From an uncultured virus (IMG/VR IMGVR_UViG_3300028888_002345) (taxonomy: Duplodnaviria; Heunggongvirae; Uroviricota; Caudoviricetes), in IMG/VR virus record IMGVR_UViG_3300028888_002345: DNA of 64,000 nucleotides; one strand, written 5' to 3'. The notes below the pieces were generated by a model, which was not told the origin of the DNA, searched no databases, and was given only the letters and a program-made list of their open reading frames with translations. Below are positions 28,768 to 41,218 of this stretch, in pieces. The position numbers and the translations under genes were made by a program. Numbering within the stretch: the first letter of the stretch is position 1; each line of letters begins with the position of its first letter.

Positions 28768-30147
28768 TCAACCAGCTGCGCCGGTTTGAACCTTAAAGTA
28801 AACAGAATCACTTGTAGATTCACCAGTCTGGATAGTAGCAATAAGAGTGATTTCTCCACCATTCTTAAGCTTCTTAATCTGACCAGTAACCTTGTCAAGT
28901 TCGACAGCATCCGTGTTTCCAGAGATGCTATAAACAGGTCTGATTTCATCAATGACATCAATACCATTAGCATCAGGAGCCTTTAAGTATTCCTTAAGCA
29001 TGATAACGTCACCAACATTGAGTAATTCTGGTAACTGATAAGCACTAGCAGCAGAATCAGCATCAGAATCATCCTTAGCCTTTAAGCTAGCTGCTTTATA
29101 TCCCTGCTCATCTTCTGTAAGGTTACTATCACTAACAAATGCTTCAACTTCTTCATCAATATCATTGTGATACATAACAGGATCAGCTTCACTAGATGTA
29201 CCAGATCCACCAAGACCAATAGTATCAACAACCTGAAGAACTGCAAGAACTTTCTTCTTTCTGTCGAAATATGTGTATCCTGGGAAAGCATCCATAGTAA
29301 AATCAAATGTACTTGGATCACCAGTTCCAGCAAATGTCATCGTAAAGTTACTCTGTAATCTAACATTCGGGAATGTAAGGTTAGCAGGTAAATCTTTACC
29401 AGTATACTGATCTCTAAATAAAGTATCAGCTTCAACATAATAGTTACCACCAAAAGTATCTGGTGTAATATCAGCTTCATATACATGTCTGCCAGGAAGA
29501 TCGATATAATAATCAACCATAACAGCCTTATCAGTAGTTACTAAGTTACCATTAGAATCTTTAACATTTGCTAATTCAAAGATACCAGTCTTAACTGTAG
29601 AAGCAGTCGTAATAGTTCCAGTGAAAATATTACCAGTTAAAGAACCGTCATCTTCAGTTTCCATGATGTAAATAGGAGCATCATCAACACTTAAAGAAGC
29701 TAAACTACCAAAATCAGCAATAGCATCTCTTAAATCGATCTTAGCTGTATTGCTTGTTGTTGCAGGAGTATAATCAACATCAAGTGTAGCACCACTATTC
29801 ATATGGAAGTGAACAAGGTCTTCATTATGTCCATTTTCTTTATCGCTATTGATACCGTCGCCACGTTTGAATAACCCAGCGCCAGAAAGAATTGCAAAAC
29901 CAATTGGAGAAAGTAAAGCATCAGTAAAACTGAAAGTTAAAGTTTTTTCACCTTCCCAAGCAAGGAGTCTAGTATTACCTCTACCACCTTGAGCATAAAC
30001 TGTTGTAGTAGATTGTTCCATACTAGAAGTAGTTGCTGTGTCTATATAAAGAACAGGCTGACCACTCTGGAAAGTAGCTGTACCAATTCTAATTGGCTGT
30101 TTTGCACGGAAAACGATGTTTGCACATTCGCGCACACCAAACTTCAT
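28768..30147 (-). CDS. Major tail (tube) protein with C-terminal Ig-like extension; no TAG
   Basis: MKFGVRECANIVF...YAQGGRGNTRLLAWEGEKTLTF...FGGNYYVEADTLFR...GDPSTFDFTMD; synteny with neck genes and TMP. Confidence 0.8.
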   Translation of the reverse strand: MKFGVRECANIVFRAKQPIRIGTATFQSGQPVLYIDTATTSSMEQSTTTVYAQGGRGNTRLLAWEGEKTLTFSFTDALLSPIGFAILSGAGLFKRGDGINSDKENGHNEDLVHFHMNSGATLDVDYTPATTSNTAKIDLRDAIADFGSLASLSVDDAPIYIMETEDDGSLTGNIFTGTITTASTVKTGIFELANVKDSNGNLVTTDKAVMVDYYIDLPGRHVYEADITPDTFGGNYYVEADTLFRDQYTGKDLPANLTFPNVRLQSNFTMTFAGTGDPSTFDFTMDAFPGYTYFDRKKKVLAVLQVVDTIGLGGSGTSSEADPVMYHNDIDEEVEAFVSDSNLTEDEQGYKAASLKAKDDSDADSAASAYQLPELLNVGDVIMLKEYLKAPDANGIDVIDEIRPVYSISGNTDAVELDKVTGQIKKLKNGGEITLIATIQTGESTSDSVYFKVQTGAAG

Positions 30148-30175
30148 AAGTTTTTTCCTCCCTTTATTTTAATAA

Positions 30176-30964
30176 TTACTAAAATTCAATTCTATTAGAA
30201 CTAGGTCGAGAAATAATATTTTCCTATTCATCACTCAACCAGTTATCTACATCTTCTAAATTTTCAGCTCCAGCTAGTTTAGATTTTAACCAAATATCAT
30301 AACTATATTTTTTCTCAAAACGCTGAAACTAATCAAATAATTGATAAACAGTATACTCCATTAATTCTGAATATGTATGATGATTAGCTTGAATTAATAT
30401 AGATATATAACGACTCAAAATATTTATAGCTTTCTAACCATCTTGTTTCTTTTGTAATTTCTTATGTCTGTCTCTTAATTTATTAGCTATCTGTTCTGCA
30501 AGTTTATTTGCAGGATTATAATCAGCTCGTCCTTTAAGAGCATCTAAGCAGAACATCTACTTTATAATTTTTTTAAACTATTCAAAATTACTATCTTTTA
30601 TTAAACATTGTTCTTTTTTTCCATCCTTTTGCCTTGTTAATACTAACATAGTTGGCATTTTCATTAATTCATATTCAGGAAAAATAAGAGAGAGAACAAG
30701 TTCAATAGACATTACATTAACAGTTGCGGTAGTATCTGTCTTATTATTTATTATTGACATTAATACATCAAAATTTGTTCTGTTTCCTAAATTTATTTTG
30801 TCCTACTAATTTAAATTTTCTTTAGAAAAAGATAGGAAATTGCATCCTAAATAAAATAAATCTTCTCCAAGATAAGCAATTTCCTTAATTCTTGGTTGAT
30901 GTATATTAATATTACCTTGAACAAAAGGAAGATCATTTCCAGAGAGTAAAAGAAGTTTATTCAT
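30176..30964 (-). CDS. Neck/tail-completion region protein (262 aa, TAG read-through)
   Basis: MNKLLLLSGNDLPF...HQPRIKEIAYLGE...KLAGAENLEDVDNWL; ends TAG-TAA. Confidence 0.65.
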
Positions 30965-31598
30965 ATTCTAAACTGCCTTTATTCTATTTGTCCTCAGTAA
31001 AATGTACTGCTCTATAAGATAAAGTGTACATAGAAATATCTTCATTTAGCACGACAAGATTAAGACCTAAAAAGTAATATTCTCCCATACCAGAAAGTTT
31101 AACATTAGTACTAGTCCTATTTTGCCAAGCTATTTTATTATCATTTGATATAGAATTTAAAATCCCATCTATATAACCTGCAATAACAATTGGCCTAGTT
31201 TGAAAATTATTTAAGTCCCATTCATCATCATAACATATAATGTCAAAATTCATAGTACAATCCATAAACTTTGGATCTACTGCATTAGAACTAAAATTAT
31301 CAAAAGTCAATAGAATAAAAGATTTTATATTCTAAAATTCTTTTCTTGCAATTTTAGGATTTGTTCTTACATAACCCTAAGAACGCAATACACTTAATGG
31401 TTTACTATCAATTAATTTCTGATAATCTTTATTTTTCTAATCTAAACAATCCGGATTATTTACAACTAATAATCTTTTTAATCTATCACTATATGGTTGA
31501 CTTTTTACAAATAACTATTTTAATACTGTTTCAGTATCTTGCGCACATGAAAAAAATGAAGAGTGTATAGGACGTAATTTTGTTACATCTGCTCTCAT
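30957..31598 (-). CDS. Tail terminator / neck protein (213 aa, TAG read-through)
   Basis: Extends track ORF 30984-31310 at both ends; FDIICYDDEWDL motif; synteny. Confidence 0.55.
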
Positions 31599-31618
31599 TT
31601 ATAATCTCCTTTTATCTC

Positions 31619-32800
31619 TTAATTAAAAGGTTTAACTGTTATAGTTGAAACCTAATTTCCATACTTTAAATTAAAAGTAATTTCTGAAGTTACTTTTTTT
31701 GCTTTTATCTTAATTTCATCTTCAGACTGACTTAATATCTGGACAGGAGCGGCCGCAGGTATTTCCCACTCAGAATGCCCATCTGGAACATAATACTTAA
31801 CTACATCATAAGATTGTATATTTTTTGGTCCAATAATCTATAATACTTTCTACTAATCTCTTTCTTGAATCTATTTAATCATCTAATTAGTACTAGTATA
31901 AGTTTCTTTTAAAGCTACTCTAATTAATCCACCAGTAGAATTTTTACTACTAGTCCCATAATTATCATTATATCCTTGTACCTACCAAGTTTGACCATTT
32001 ATAACAACTCTTTCAAAACGCTTAAAAAATTCTGTAGTAGTCTAATCTTTTGTAATATACAATAATTTTGTATAATACATATCATTCCAAACTACTCCTC
32101 TTTTTACATTCCAAATTGCTTCATCTTCATTTGGTCCAACTGTCCATCCATGATAAATAACTGGTTCTCCTTCAGATCCATCCTATTCAATTGGAATTAC
32201 TTCAATTTCATCATCAGCTTTTCTTATTTCTCCTCTAAAATAAGCGGTTTCCTAAGAATATTGCAAATAAATAATCCAATAAGAATTAGGCATATATCCT
32301 TCATTTCCAGAAATCCACTGAAAAGTATCTCCTGGTCTAACTCGATATACTTTTATGTTTCCATCCTAATCTTCTACTAAATTCCCCTCTGAATCATAGA
32401 AAGATCCTGGAGTTCCCACATCTACAAATCTATCTTCTAAAGCATAATCTTTTTCATATTCAATAGGAACCTCTCTAAAAGGAATTGATAAAATTTTATC
32501 CTAATAATCAACTTTTAATTTATCATGATTTATTAAACATCTAAAATGAAAATCTCTGTCATCTTTATCAAACTTTATAATAGCAGCTTGATAAGAATTA
32601 AATAAAGCTCGTTTCATACTACGAAGCTTATCTTCTCTTAATCTAACTAAAGGATCAGCATAACCGGAAGTTTCCTTTCCTCTTACATTAACCTTTTCTC
32701 CATACTAAGGTGTAAAACTTTTATCTGTATAACCCCAATTAGACATTTTATCATAATTATAACGAGCTTTTAATAAATCAACATTTTTTAATACAGACAT
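31619..32800 (-). CDS. Head closure / head-tail connector (393 aa, TAG read-through)
   Basis: DKLRSMKRAL...FRCLINHDKLKVDY*DKILSIPF...; position downstream of the capsid gene. Confidence 0.6.
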
Positions 32801-33107
32801 TTTGTTTTATCTCACTAAGTAAACTTAAACACTAAAAGATTATTCTTCGATATAAAGGAAATTGTTCTTCTTGAATTAAAAAATTCATTCCTTCTAATTT
32901 ACATAATAAAATTAAAAAAGATTCCTATTGCTATCCTACAAACAATCTTTGTAATCCAACAAGCTACTATATAACAGTCTGTAATGGTTTTTGCCAATTC
33001 TAACCCTACTCTCTAAGAGGAAGAAGCTTATATATTTGATTTATAATTCTTTTTATATCTTTTTCAATAATTTTATTAGATATATTTAAATTATACTTTA
33101 ATATCAT
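32778..33107 (-). CDS. Hypothetical head-region protein (109 aa, TAG-rich)
   Basis: MILKYNL...IYKLLPLRE*G*NWQKPLQTVI**LVGL...RRIIF*CLSLL; TGA overlaps the next gene. Confidence 0.65.
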
Positions 33108-33723
33108 AATAAACAATATCCCCCTGAACTGAATTTCTAGAGTAGGAAGCATCTTTTCCCTTTTCACTAATCTCTGGAAGATCTGGTCTCCTTGAGTTTG
33201 GCAATTCATTATCAGACATTGGTTCCATAATTTTCTTCATAGTAGAATGATATACACCATTAAGGTCTGAAATACGACGTTTATAAAGTCTTTGTAAATG
33301 AAAACCTTCTCGCTAATAATCTTTTTTCATCTGTAATATTTTTTGCATATGATTAGCTTGAGAAGTAAACTTAAAATCAGACCCACTATATTTCATACGT
33401 ACATTTTCAATAGAAGCTAATTGTTGCCCTAGCCATTCTACTATCATATAAGTTGAAAGAATATTTATTTCTTCAAGAGTAAGAGAGTTAAGAAAACCCC
33501 AATACTACTCTACAAAAACAAAATCCCCTTGTTCTGTCTTTCTTCTCTATATAATATAAGCATATTCCAATGATTGCCTTGGAAATTCAAACTTTGGAAT
33601 AGCTGCAAGTAAAAGCTGACGAAGAATAGCTAAAGTATCCTATTCTGTCAACTCTAAATACATATCATCTGTTATTTTAGAGAGAAAATTATCATATACT
33701 ACTGAAAAAGCGGTAGGTTGCAT
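33091..33723 (-). CDS. Head-tail adaptor-like protein (210 aa, TAG read-through)
   Basis: MQPTAFSVVYDNFLSKITDDMYLEL...EEINILSTYMIVEWL...SDFKFTSQANH; AGGAGG RBS. Confidence 0.65.
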
Positions 33724-33742
33724 AATATTCCTCCTATAACAA

Positions 33743-34333
33743 TTATTTATTTTCTTTTATAATAACTCTGCGGGCGCTGGTCTTTCCTGGAATCGACTAG
33801 TTACTATCTCCGTTTGAACGGGCCGCCGCGCGTCTTTGTCCAACTGGTTTAACAGATAAATCTGGAACGTCTTCTTCTGTAATTTTCTTATTTTCAATTG
33901 CGTTAGTTACATTAAAACCTAACTTCTTTTGAATAGCATCTCTTTTTGCTACATCATTTAAAGGTAATTCAACTGCAAGTGTTTTAATTGTTTCTTTAAC
34001 TCCATCTGGAGCAAAATCAAGACAATCTAAAAATTCATCTAAACTACCAGTTTGCATTAATCTAATAATATCTTCTCTAGTATAAAAATACTCTGGTTCT
34101 GGAATAAAATTAATTTCAGATAAAATCTCTTTATCTTCTATTGTTAAATAATTTTTTAAAATTTTTGAACCACCATGTAAATAAGAAAGCTTTCTTATCT
34201 CTTCAAAGGTAACTATTTTTTCTTCGCCATCTTCAAAAATTCTTGTTAAATTATTCATATCAGGAATGGTATATCCTACTGTTCCATTTCCAACACGATT
34301 TTTAATTTTTACTTTCCTATTATCTTCTACCAT
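33743..34333 (-). CDS. Conserved post-capsid hypothetical protein (1 TAG near the C-terminus)
   Basis: Track ORF 33797-34333 extended to the TAA at 33745-33743. Confidence 0.7.
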
Positions 34334-34362
34334 ATTAACTTTTCTCCTTTTATCTCTAAAAA

Positions 34363-34398
34363 AATATTGGGGAAGATATTCCTACCTTCCCCATATTA
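34363..34398 (-). terminator. Terminator after the major capsid gene
   Basis: ATGGGGAAG/CTTCCCCA stem followed by a T-run on the minus strand. Confidence 0.6.
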
Positions 34399-34401
34399 AA
34401 A

Positions 34402-35436
34402 TTACATATTAATGTCAAGATCTTCGTTTCTGTAAGAGCAAAGGCCTGGATTAATACTATAAACAGCAACACCAAATTTCTGGTATGTGTGAATAGTCTT
34501 GCTCCAGTCATCGCCATCGACTTCTTTAACCTGAGCAGTTCCTTCGAAAGCAACCTTAACAGGTTTTTCAGAGCCAGTAGGAATAATCCAAGCATAAGAA
34601 GGATCGATAACCTTAACAGCATTTGTCTCATCTTCGAAAGATTGAGGAAGAACAATAACTTGATGTCCTTTGTAATCACCAAGATAACCCATGTTCCAAC
34701 GTCTATCTCTCATATTATCAGAAACCCAACCGGTTTGAGGAATCATCGTTGCCGCGAATTCAAATGTGCAATAAATAGCAGCTTTACCATAAGTATCAGC
34801 AACCATTAATAATTTATCCATCTGAGGTTCACTGAATCCATTTCCGGAATATTTATTATGCGCACCAAGATTTGTAACAGTAGACATAAGAGCCTTAGCA
34901 ATCTCTTTATAAACTGCTTCATCCATTCCTTCAAGAACGATGTCATAAACATCAGCCATCGTAATTCTGCCATCAAGGAACTCTTCAAAAGCAATCTGAG
35001 CAGCTCCGCCGTAAGCTGTGGTATTAACTGTTAAAGAAGCACCATCAAGTTTGAATACTTCATATCTACCAGCAAGACCAACTTTAGTTACAAACTGTTT
35101 TGCTCTACGTCTAGAAGCTTCAGATATTCTCTGATAGAAGACAGGCTGATCGCCCTGAGCAAAAGTACGAACATCTGCGAACTGACCATATTCAGCAAGA
35201 ACCTTAGGAGCAAGAACTTCACTAAGTTGAATCTCAATCAGTTCAAAAATAGTATTTTTATTTTGTCTATAAAGAGCAGGTGTAGCAGAAAGCTCTTTAA
35301 TTTCTTTTCTAAATGTATTTTCTAAAGCATTAGCACTAAGCGTTTCTTCGCCAAAAGAGAATGTTAAAGAAGGATTAACAGACGCTTTAGCAGTAGCTCT
35401 AGCTAATTCGATTAAACTTTGTCTTTCTAAAGCCAT
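34402..35436 (-). CDS. Major capsid protein (344 aa); no TAG
   Basis: Start MALERQ with GAGGAGG RBS; size, synteny after the protease/scaffold and cement genes, codon usage typical of high expression. Confidence 0.85.
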   Translation of the reverse strand: MALERQSLIELARATAKASVNPSLTFSFGEETLSANALENTFRKEIKELSATPALYRQNKNTIFELIEIQLSEVLAPKVLAEYGQFADVRTFAQGDQPVFYQRISEASRRRAKQFVTKVGLAGRYEVFKLDGASLTVNTTAYGGAAQIAFEEFLDGRITMADVYDIVLEGMDEAVYKEIAKALMSTVTNLGAHNKYSGNGFSEPQMDKLLMVADTYGKAAIYCTFEFAATMIPQTGWVSDNMRDRRWNMGYLGDYKGHQVIVLPQSFEDETNAVKVIDPSYAWIIPTGSEKPVKVAFEGTAQVKEVDGDDWSKTIHTYQKFGVAVYSINPGLCSYRNEDLDINM

Positions 35437-35450
35437 TTTTATTTTCCTCC

Positions 35451-35981
35451 TCAACTAATTCTCTGAATTTTAACACCTGGCTGCATATCAGGCATCGTGT
35501 AAACTTTAGCAACCTGCCAAATCATACCTGTATCAGCAGTAGTAGCAGGTGTAAGATAACCAGTACTCTCATCAACCTTTAAAAGATCACCTACGTCAAG
35601 ACTTGCGCCAGAGACAGTAGAAGCAGGAGATGTATTAGCACCAAAAGTATTTGTTGTATAAATATCGCCGATTTCAGTTCTAAGTAATCTTGGAACTAAT
35701 TCGCCGCCCATGAAATCACTCTTTTGCATAGCATAATCTTTAAGAGCCTGTGCTCTTTGATCATAAAGTTTGATTTCATTCATAACAAGCATCCATTCGC
35801 CCTTACCAGTTAAATTGCATTCTTTATTTGGGTAGTCATATTTTAAGAACATACCATTTTCAAGAATATTGAATACTGTAGAGGCAGGAAGCTGAGCATA
35901 AATCTGGCCATTAGTCTGAGCAGAAAGATGATTAGGCTCAACCTGTCCAAAACCTTTTCTTGAGATTTGTGTTTTTGCCAT
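35451..35981 (-). CDS. Capsid cement / decoration protein; no TAG
   Basis: GFGQVEPNHLSAQTNGQIYAQLP...YTMPDMQPGVK; directly upstream of the MCP gene. Confidence 0.7.
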   Translation of the reverse strand: MAKTQISRKGFGQVEPNHLSAQTNGQIYAQLPASTVFNILENGMFLKYDYPNKECNLTGKGEWMLVMNEIKLYDQRAQALKDYAMQKSDFMGGELVPRLLRTEIGDIYTTNTFGANTSPASTVSGASLDVGDLLKVDESTGYLTPATTADTGMIWQVAKVYTMPDMQPGVKIQRIS

Positions 35982-35997
35982 TTTTAAGCAATCCTCC

Positions 35998-37356
35998 TTA
36001 ATTATTTTCCATATCTATATTATTCTTAACAGCTTTTACCCAATCAGGTAAATTTGAGTCGTCATTAGAATAACTAAATGTTACAATTTTTTGTTCTTTA
36101 TTAGAATCAATTTCTTCCTAAGTCTATAAATTAAAATTGACCTTTTTCTCAAAACAAATTACAGCAAGTTTAGCTTTAATTTCATCATAAGAATATTTTT
36201 CTTTATTATCAAGAATTTCCTTTTTATCTTCATTAGAAAGCATATAAAATTCTTCATTAATTAAAGCATCTTTCTTTTCGTTTTCAACTTTGTTTTTAAA
36301 TTCAACAAGAGTATCATAATCAGCTTTTAATTGCTGATATTGAGTTGAAAGTTCATTGTATTGCTGTTCTAATAAAGAGTATTTCTTTTTGTCGTCTTCT
36401 TCCTAATCATCTGAATTCTAAGAATCCTAAACTTTCTAATCCTCTTCTTCGTCATCCTTTTTAAATTCAGACTCAGGTTCTTCCTGCGTCTATTCTTTTT
36501 CAAAGTTTTCAGATACTTCTTCCTAAACAACAGGAGCTTCTGCTTCAAAGGAATTTTCAACGACTGGTTCAGAAGGTTCAACATTGTCCTGTATATTATC
36601 TTCTGTAAAATTATCAACAGGAAGTTTTACTTCTTGTTCCATTATATTTCCTCCTTTTAGAGCATCTTGTAAATCTTTCATCATTGAAAATAATGTTTTT
36701 TTAAAATTATCATCAACTGTTTTACTAAAATTAGAACTTATTATAGGCTTTGTAACAGAAGCACCCTCAAAACAAGGTTCTGTATCATTACCTAAAATAC
36801 ATAATTTTGTAAATATTGCATCATTGATTATAAAAAATTCCATATCATTTTTAACATTTGTTGCCCAATGACCTTCTAAAGATTCTTCATCTAATTCCAT
36901 TGATTGAGGTTTACCTTCATCTATAACAGACTGCACTTCTTTAAATTGACCAGTCCATAAATATCCAGTAGTCATAAGATACTCTCTCTATATCTCATTT
37001 CCAAAATCATCTGAGTCGTTAAATTTTTGGAACCAGACTTTTGCATCAGGAGCAACAAAACCGTATGGCTTTGTTAATACGTTAAAATGAATACCCTAAT
37101 CATCCCAAATCATTTGTTCGCCATGATCAGTAAAATCTTCTTTATTTTCTTTATAATAACCAACGATTGGAGCGCCACGTAATGTTTTTGCCATTTCAGT
37201 AGCAACTTCTTTTGAGATATAACTACGATTTCTATTTTCTCCTATATATAAAACCTTAATTTCACAAGATGACATTAAAGGATTTATATCTAAAGGTTGT
37301 AAATTAATAAATTCAGGAGAATTTATCGTAGCAATAGATTGATGTGGCAATGCCAT
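35998..37356 (-). CDS. Prohead protease / scaffold protein (452 aa, TAG read-through)
   Basis: Track ORFs 37096-37356 and 36523-36975 in one frame; GENRNRSYIS, GAPIVG, QSMEL and LCILG..EPCFEGA motifs followed by an acidic scaffold tail. Confidence 0.8.
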
Positions 37357-37371
37357 GATTATCTCCTTTCA

Positions 37372-39030
37372 TTACATACTCTATCTATTTGCTATAGTTT
37401 TATCACTCTTCTAGTTATCTGCCTTTTCTGGGCGGCCGGTCTAACCGGTACCGCTTCCAGAAGTATTTGCCTTATTTGATTCTTTACCGGTAACGTTTCC
37501 CCTCCCCGCGAGTGCTTCCGCATTCATCGTACTACTCATCATTGGCGGGATAAATACACGAACCAGATCAAGAATATCATTTTCAAAGTAAGCATTAGCT
37601 AATATAGAACTTTGAGTTTGTCCAAGTGCAACTTGAGGTAACATTTTAGAGAAACCAATTTGCATTTGTTCTTTATATAACTTAGATACTTCTTTATAAT
37701 TATAGATAGTAGTATTTAAAAATTGTGCTTTATAATAACATTTATTTGGAGATTTATTGAAAGGATCTAATAATAAATTTAAGAAAGATTCAAATTGCAG
37801 TAATAAATCATACATAGAAGCTTCATCATTTAAAATAGAATTATTTAAAGCAGTATTACTATCACTATTAAACTGCATCTGAGAAACACCAGCTTCATTA
37901 TAAACTGTTCTTTCAACCTTTTCCAATTCATCTACATTAGATTGATTGCCCTTATCTGACATATCTGCTACATCTACATCTGCAAATGTAGTAAGAACAT
38001 CAATACCTATTGCTCTACCTAACATTTTTACTGCATTATTATGTAAAGCTTGAGCCTCATCTATATCAAATACTAAATCTCCATTTTTATCTAATGGCAT
38101 TTTTTGAATAATAATTTTTAAAAGCTTTTGAGCCATCCTTTTTCGATCTAAATCTTGAGCAGCATCTAAATCAACTATATAAGGAATAATAGATAAAAAA
38201 GGAGGATAATCATTATCATTTAAATTAAATTTTACCACAGAACGATAATCTAATAAATACCAACTTCCAGAATCTCCTGGGAAAGCTTTTGGTAATTTTC
38301 CCTTTTTATACAGTTCATATCCTTTTTTAAACTACTTTGGGAATAAATTTAATATTTTAATTCTTTGCTAAGTATCTTTATAAAAATTATCAAAAAATCT
38401 CATATCAAATTCAACAGTTGGTCTATTATTTACTTCTAAACTAGATCTACAGTAATTAGGTAATAATTCTTGAACAACAACTTTATTATTTTGAGAAATT
38501 AAATATCCATAATAACAACCGTTCCTAATTACTTTTAAAGCAACTTTTCCACAAAATCTTTTTACTTCAAACTAATCAAAAAATTTTAAAACTTTAAAAA
38601 AGTTTATAAATTGTTTCTTTCTAATCTTTTCATCAGCTTGTTCATTAGCTTCTGTATCTTGTAAACCTGCATTAGTATCTAATAAACCAACACATTGCTC
38701 AATATATGGTGTTATAAACCAATCATATTTATATAAATAAGCCATATAACGACATAATCTACTATAAATACCACTATGTTTATAAAAGAAATTTGAGATA
38801 TCTCGCATTTCTGCTAAATCACCATTATTAATAGCTTTTAAAATATTCTATTTAGTACCTAATCTTGGATTAGTTTTTCTTAAATCACCATATGTTACAA
38901 TAGCATCATCTAAAGTTTTTAAACCAACTTTAATTTTATTAAAATCAAGAGGAGTATATCTCTCGTCGGTGTCGGTGGCAAGGTTCATATTAAAACCTTT
39001 TTCTTTAATTTGCGCCATTCTATTTTTCAT
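37372..39030 (-). CDS. Portal protein (552 aa, TAG read-through)
   Basis: Track ORFs 38848-39030, 38572-38808 and 37441-38238 in one frame; ends TGRPEKADN*KSDKTIANR*SM-TAA. Confidence 0.8.
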
Positions 39031-39047
39031 AAGACACCTCTTTAAAA

Positions 39048-39404
39048 TTAATATCCAGCTAGTTTCATAATATAATCATAAGTAATTATTTCCTAATCCC
39101 AATAAGGAATTAAAACTAAATTAATATTATTTTTATGACAATATTCTCTTTTTTTCATATCATAAAATTGCTGTTTTTTAAGTCCAGTCATACCGCCAAA
39201 TTTAGGTTTAGGTTTATAATGTTGTATTCCTTGATACTATATTAAAAAATCTATTTCACCATCGTCATCAAAAACAGCAAAATCAAAACGTAAAGGATGA
39301 CCTGAAGAACTTATTAAATCCTTAAAACTATATTCCTATTGAAAATTTAATCCTGCTTTTCTTAATATATCTTCTATTTTTATCTATCCATAAGAAGCTC
39401 TCAT
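39048..39404 (-). CDS. PD-(D/E)XK / Vsr-DUF559-like endonuclease (118 aa, 4 TAG)
   Basis: MRASYG*IKIEDIL...FQ*EYSFKDL...LRFDFAV...FLI*YQGIQHY...DMKKREYC...LVLIPYWD*E. Confidence 0.8.
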
Positions 39405-39478
39405 TTATTTCAGTTCATCTCCTTTTACTAACTATTATTATTTAAAAAAATAATAATATTTTTTATCTTTTTTGTCCT

Positions 39479-41218
39479 TTAACTGAAAAACATTAAATCG
39501 GCTATATTTAAGCCTTTTCGTTTCTTTTTTCGATCTTCTTCTTGTTTTATATAATATAATCCATAAACAAAAGCTGAGAATTTATCTTTATTTATACCTC
39601 TAGAAGATTGTTTTAAAATAATATTAACTCCTTCATTTTCTTCTACAAGATTTAACATCTGCGCTTTAAGCGCATCTGTTAAAACAAAAGGCATAAGATA
39701 ATCATTTCTTTGATCTGGACTCATATTTTGACCGACTTTTGTACTCATCAACTTTACTCTTGCTTGAGATTCATCAATAAGCATTTTTATACGACCTGAA
39801 GAAAGTTGAGTTTTAGCATAAGTATATGCCTACGTATTAATAGGTGCATTTGCTTTTACTAAATATAAAGCATTTTCTTCAACACCTGCTCCTCGTATTT
39901 TTTTATATAAATCAACAGTATCTTGAGCAGTCCCACCTTCTACGCCAAAAGGAGGAAGTTCATCCCCTGTCTAAGGATCAATTTGAGCCTTAGTCATAAA
40001 ATCAATCAATCCAACTCCAAGTCCATTGGCATCAACAGAAAGAACTCTTGCTTTATATTTATAATATAACCTTTTTAATTTAATACTTTGTTCTTCAAAA
40101 TCTTCTGCCTAATAAGTATAAATATTTACTAAACTTTTTAATGCAGCTCCTTGAGGCTGAGGAGTTACTTTAAAAACTAGTGCCTCTGTAGTACATTTAA
40201 TACGACCAACGTCAACTCCAATAACATAGTATGCAGTTTTTGAACTGCGGCCGCTGTATTCATATTCAGGCTGGAGTAATGTTCGATGTTTATCAAATTT
40301 ATCGCCAGAAAAGAATGCATTCTAAGCATCTCCAGACCAAATACTACGGTACTATCTATCAAAAGAATCTTCATTAAAAGTACCTGAAAGTTTAAGCTGA
40401 TCCACAAAATCCTCATTAAGAAGTCCTTCTTTAACAGGAGTCTCATATGTACCACCCATTATCATAACTTCATCTGGATTTATAATACTTTGTACAAGAA
40501 GCTATATTAATTTATCATATGCAAAAGTATTTTTCCAACCGGCTGTAGTAATATAAATTTGAGATTTATTTATTAATTCATTTTTATGCATAGATCCATC
40601 TGCAAGTACACGGTCTACGTTTGTAGTAGGAATAATTACCTCATTTAATGTAGTTCCATCAATAAGAACACACTACTCCATCAAACCACCAGTACGTCTC
40701 TGTCCTCTTGATTTTTCACTTGCTACAAGAATATCAAGAGTAGAACCATTTTTCCATACGTAACGAACATTATCTCTTCCTTTAGTTGTTTTACCACGCT
40801 ACCAGTTAATTTCTTTTTCTAAAACAGGTAATAAATGACATATTTCTTCTACTTTAGCCATTGTAATACTAGCTGCTTGCTATTTACCACCAGTAGTAAC
40901 AAATAAATGACTACGGGGATAAAAAGTACATCTAAGCATTAATGCCATAATAGAAAGAAAGGATTTTGAATAAGCACGCGGAAATGTTGCATAGACATAC
41001 CGATGCCGCATAACTACACGAAGGAAAACTCTTTGATAAAATTTAAAATTAAATGTACTATCAGGCCCTTTTACATAATCAACAAAAAGATCTGGATACC
41101 ATTTAAAAAAAGCAATTAAATGTCTAATATTTTCAAGATTAGCATTTAATCTTTCTTCTGAAATACCTTGCTTTTTATCTTTTTGACTATTTAACTAAAG
41201 GAGTGCTTGAAGGCTCAT
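39479..41218 (-). CDS. terL: Terminase large subunit (579 aa, 10 TAG)
   Basis: Walker A PRAYSKS, Walker B GGLME*C, coupling motif ITTAG, nuclease motifs GVDVGR, VDANGLG and KDKFSA; fully hand-translated. Confidence 0.9.

Noticed and set aside
28768..34333. Contractile tail sheath (myovirus)
   Set aside because: No sheath-sized gene precedes the tube gene; the layout and very long TMP fit a siphovirus
39048..41218. Standard phage code 15 (TAG=Gln)
   Set aside because: It would put Gln at catalytic or invariant Glu positions. A few sites (e.g. TMP KW*TL, LA*TMAG) are compatible with either residue, so an alignment is still needed
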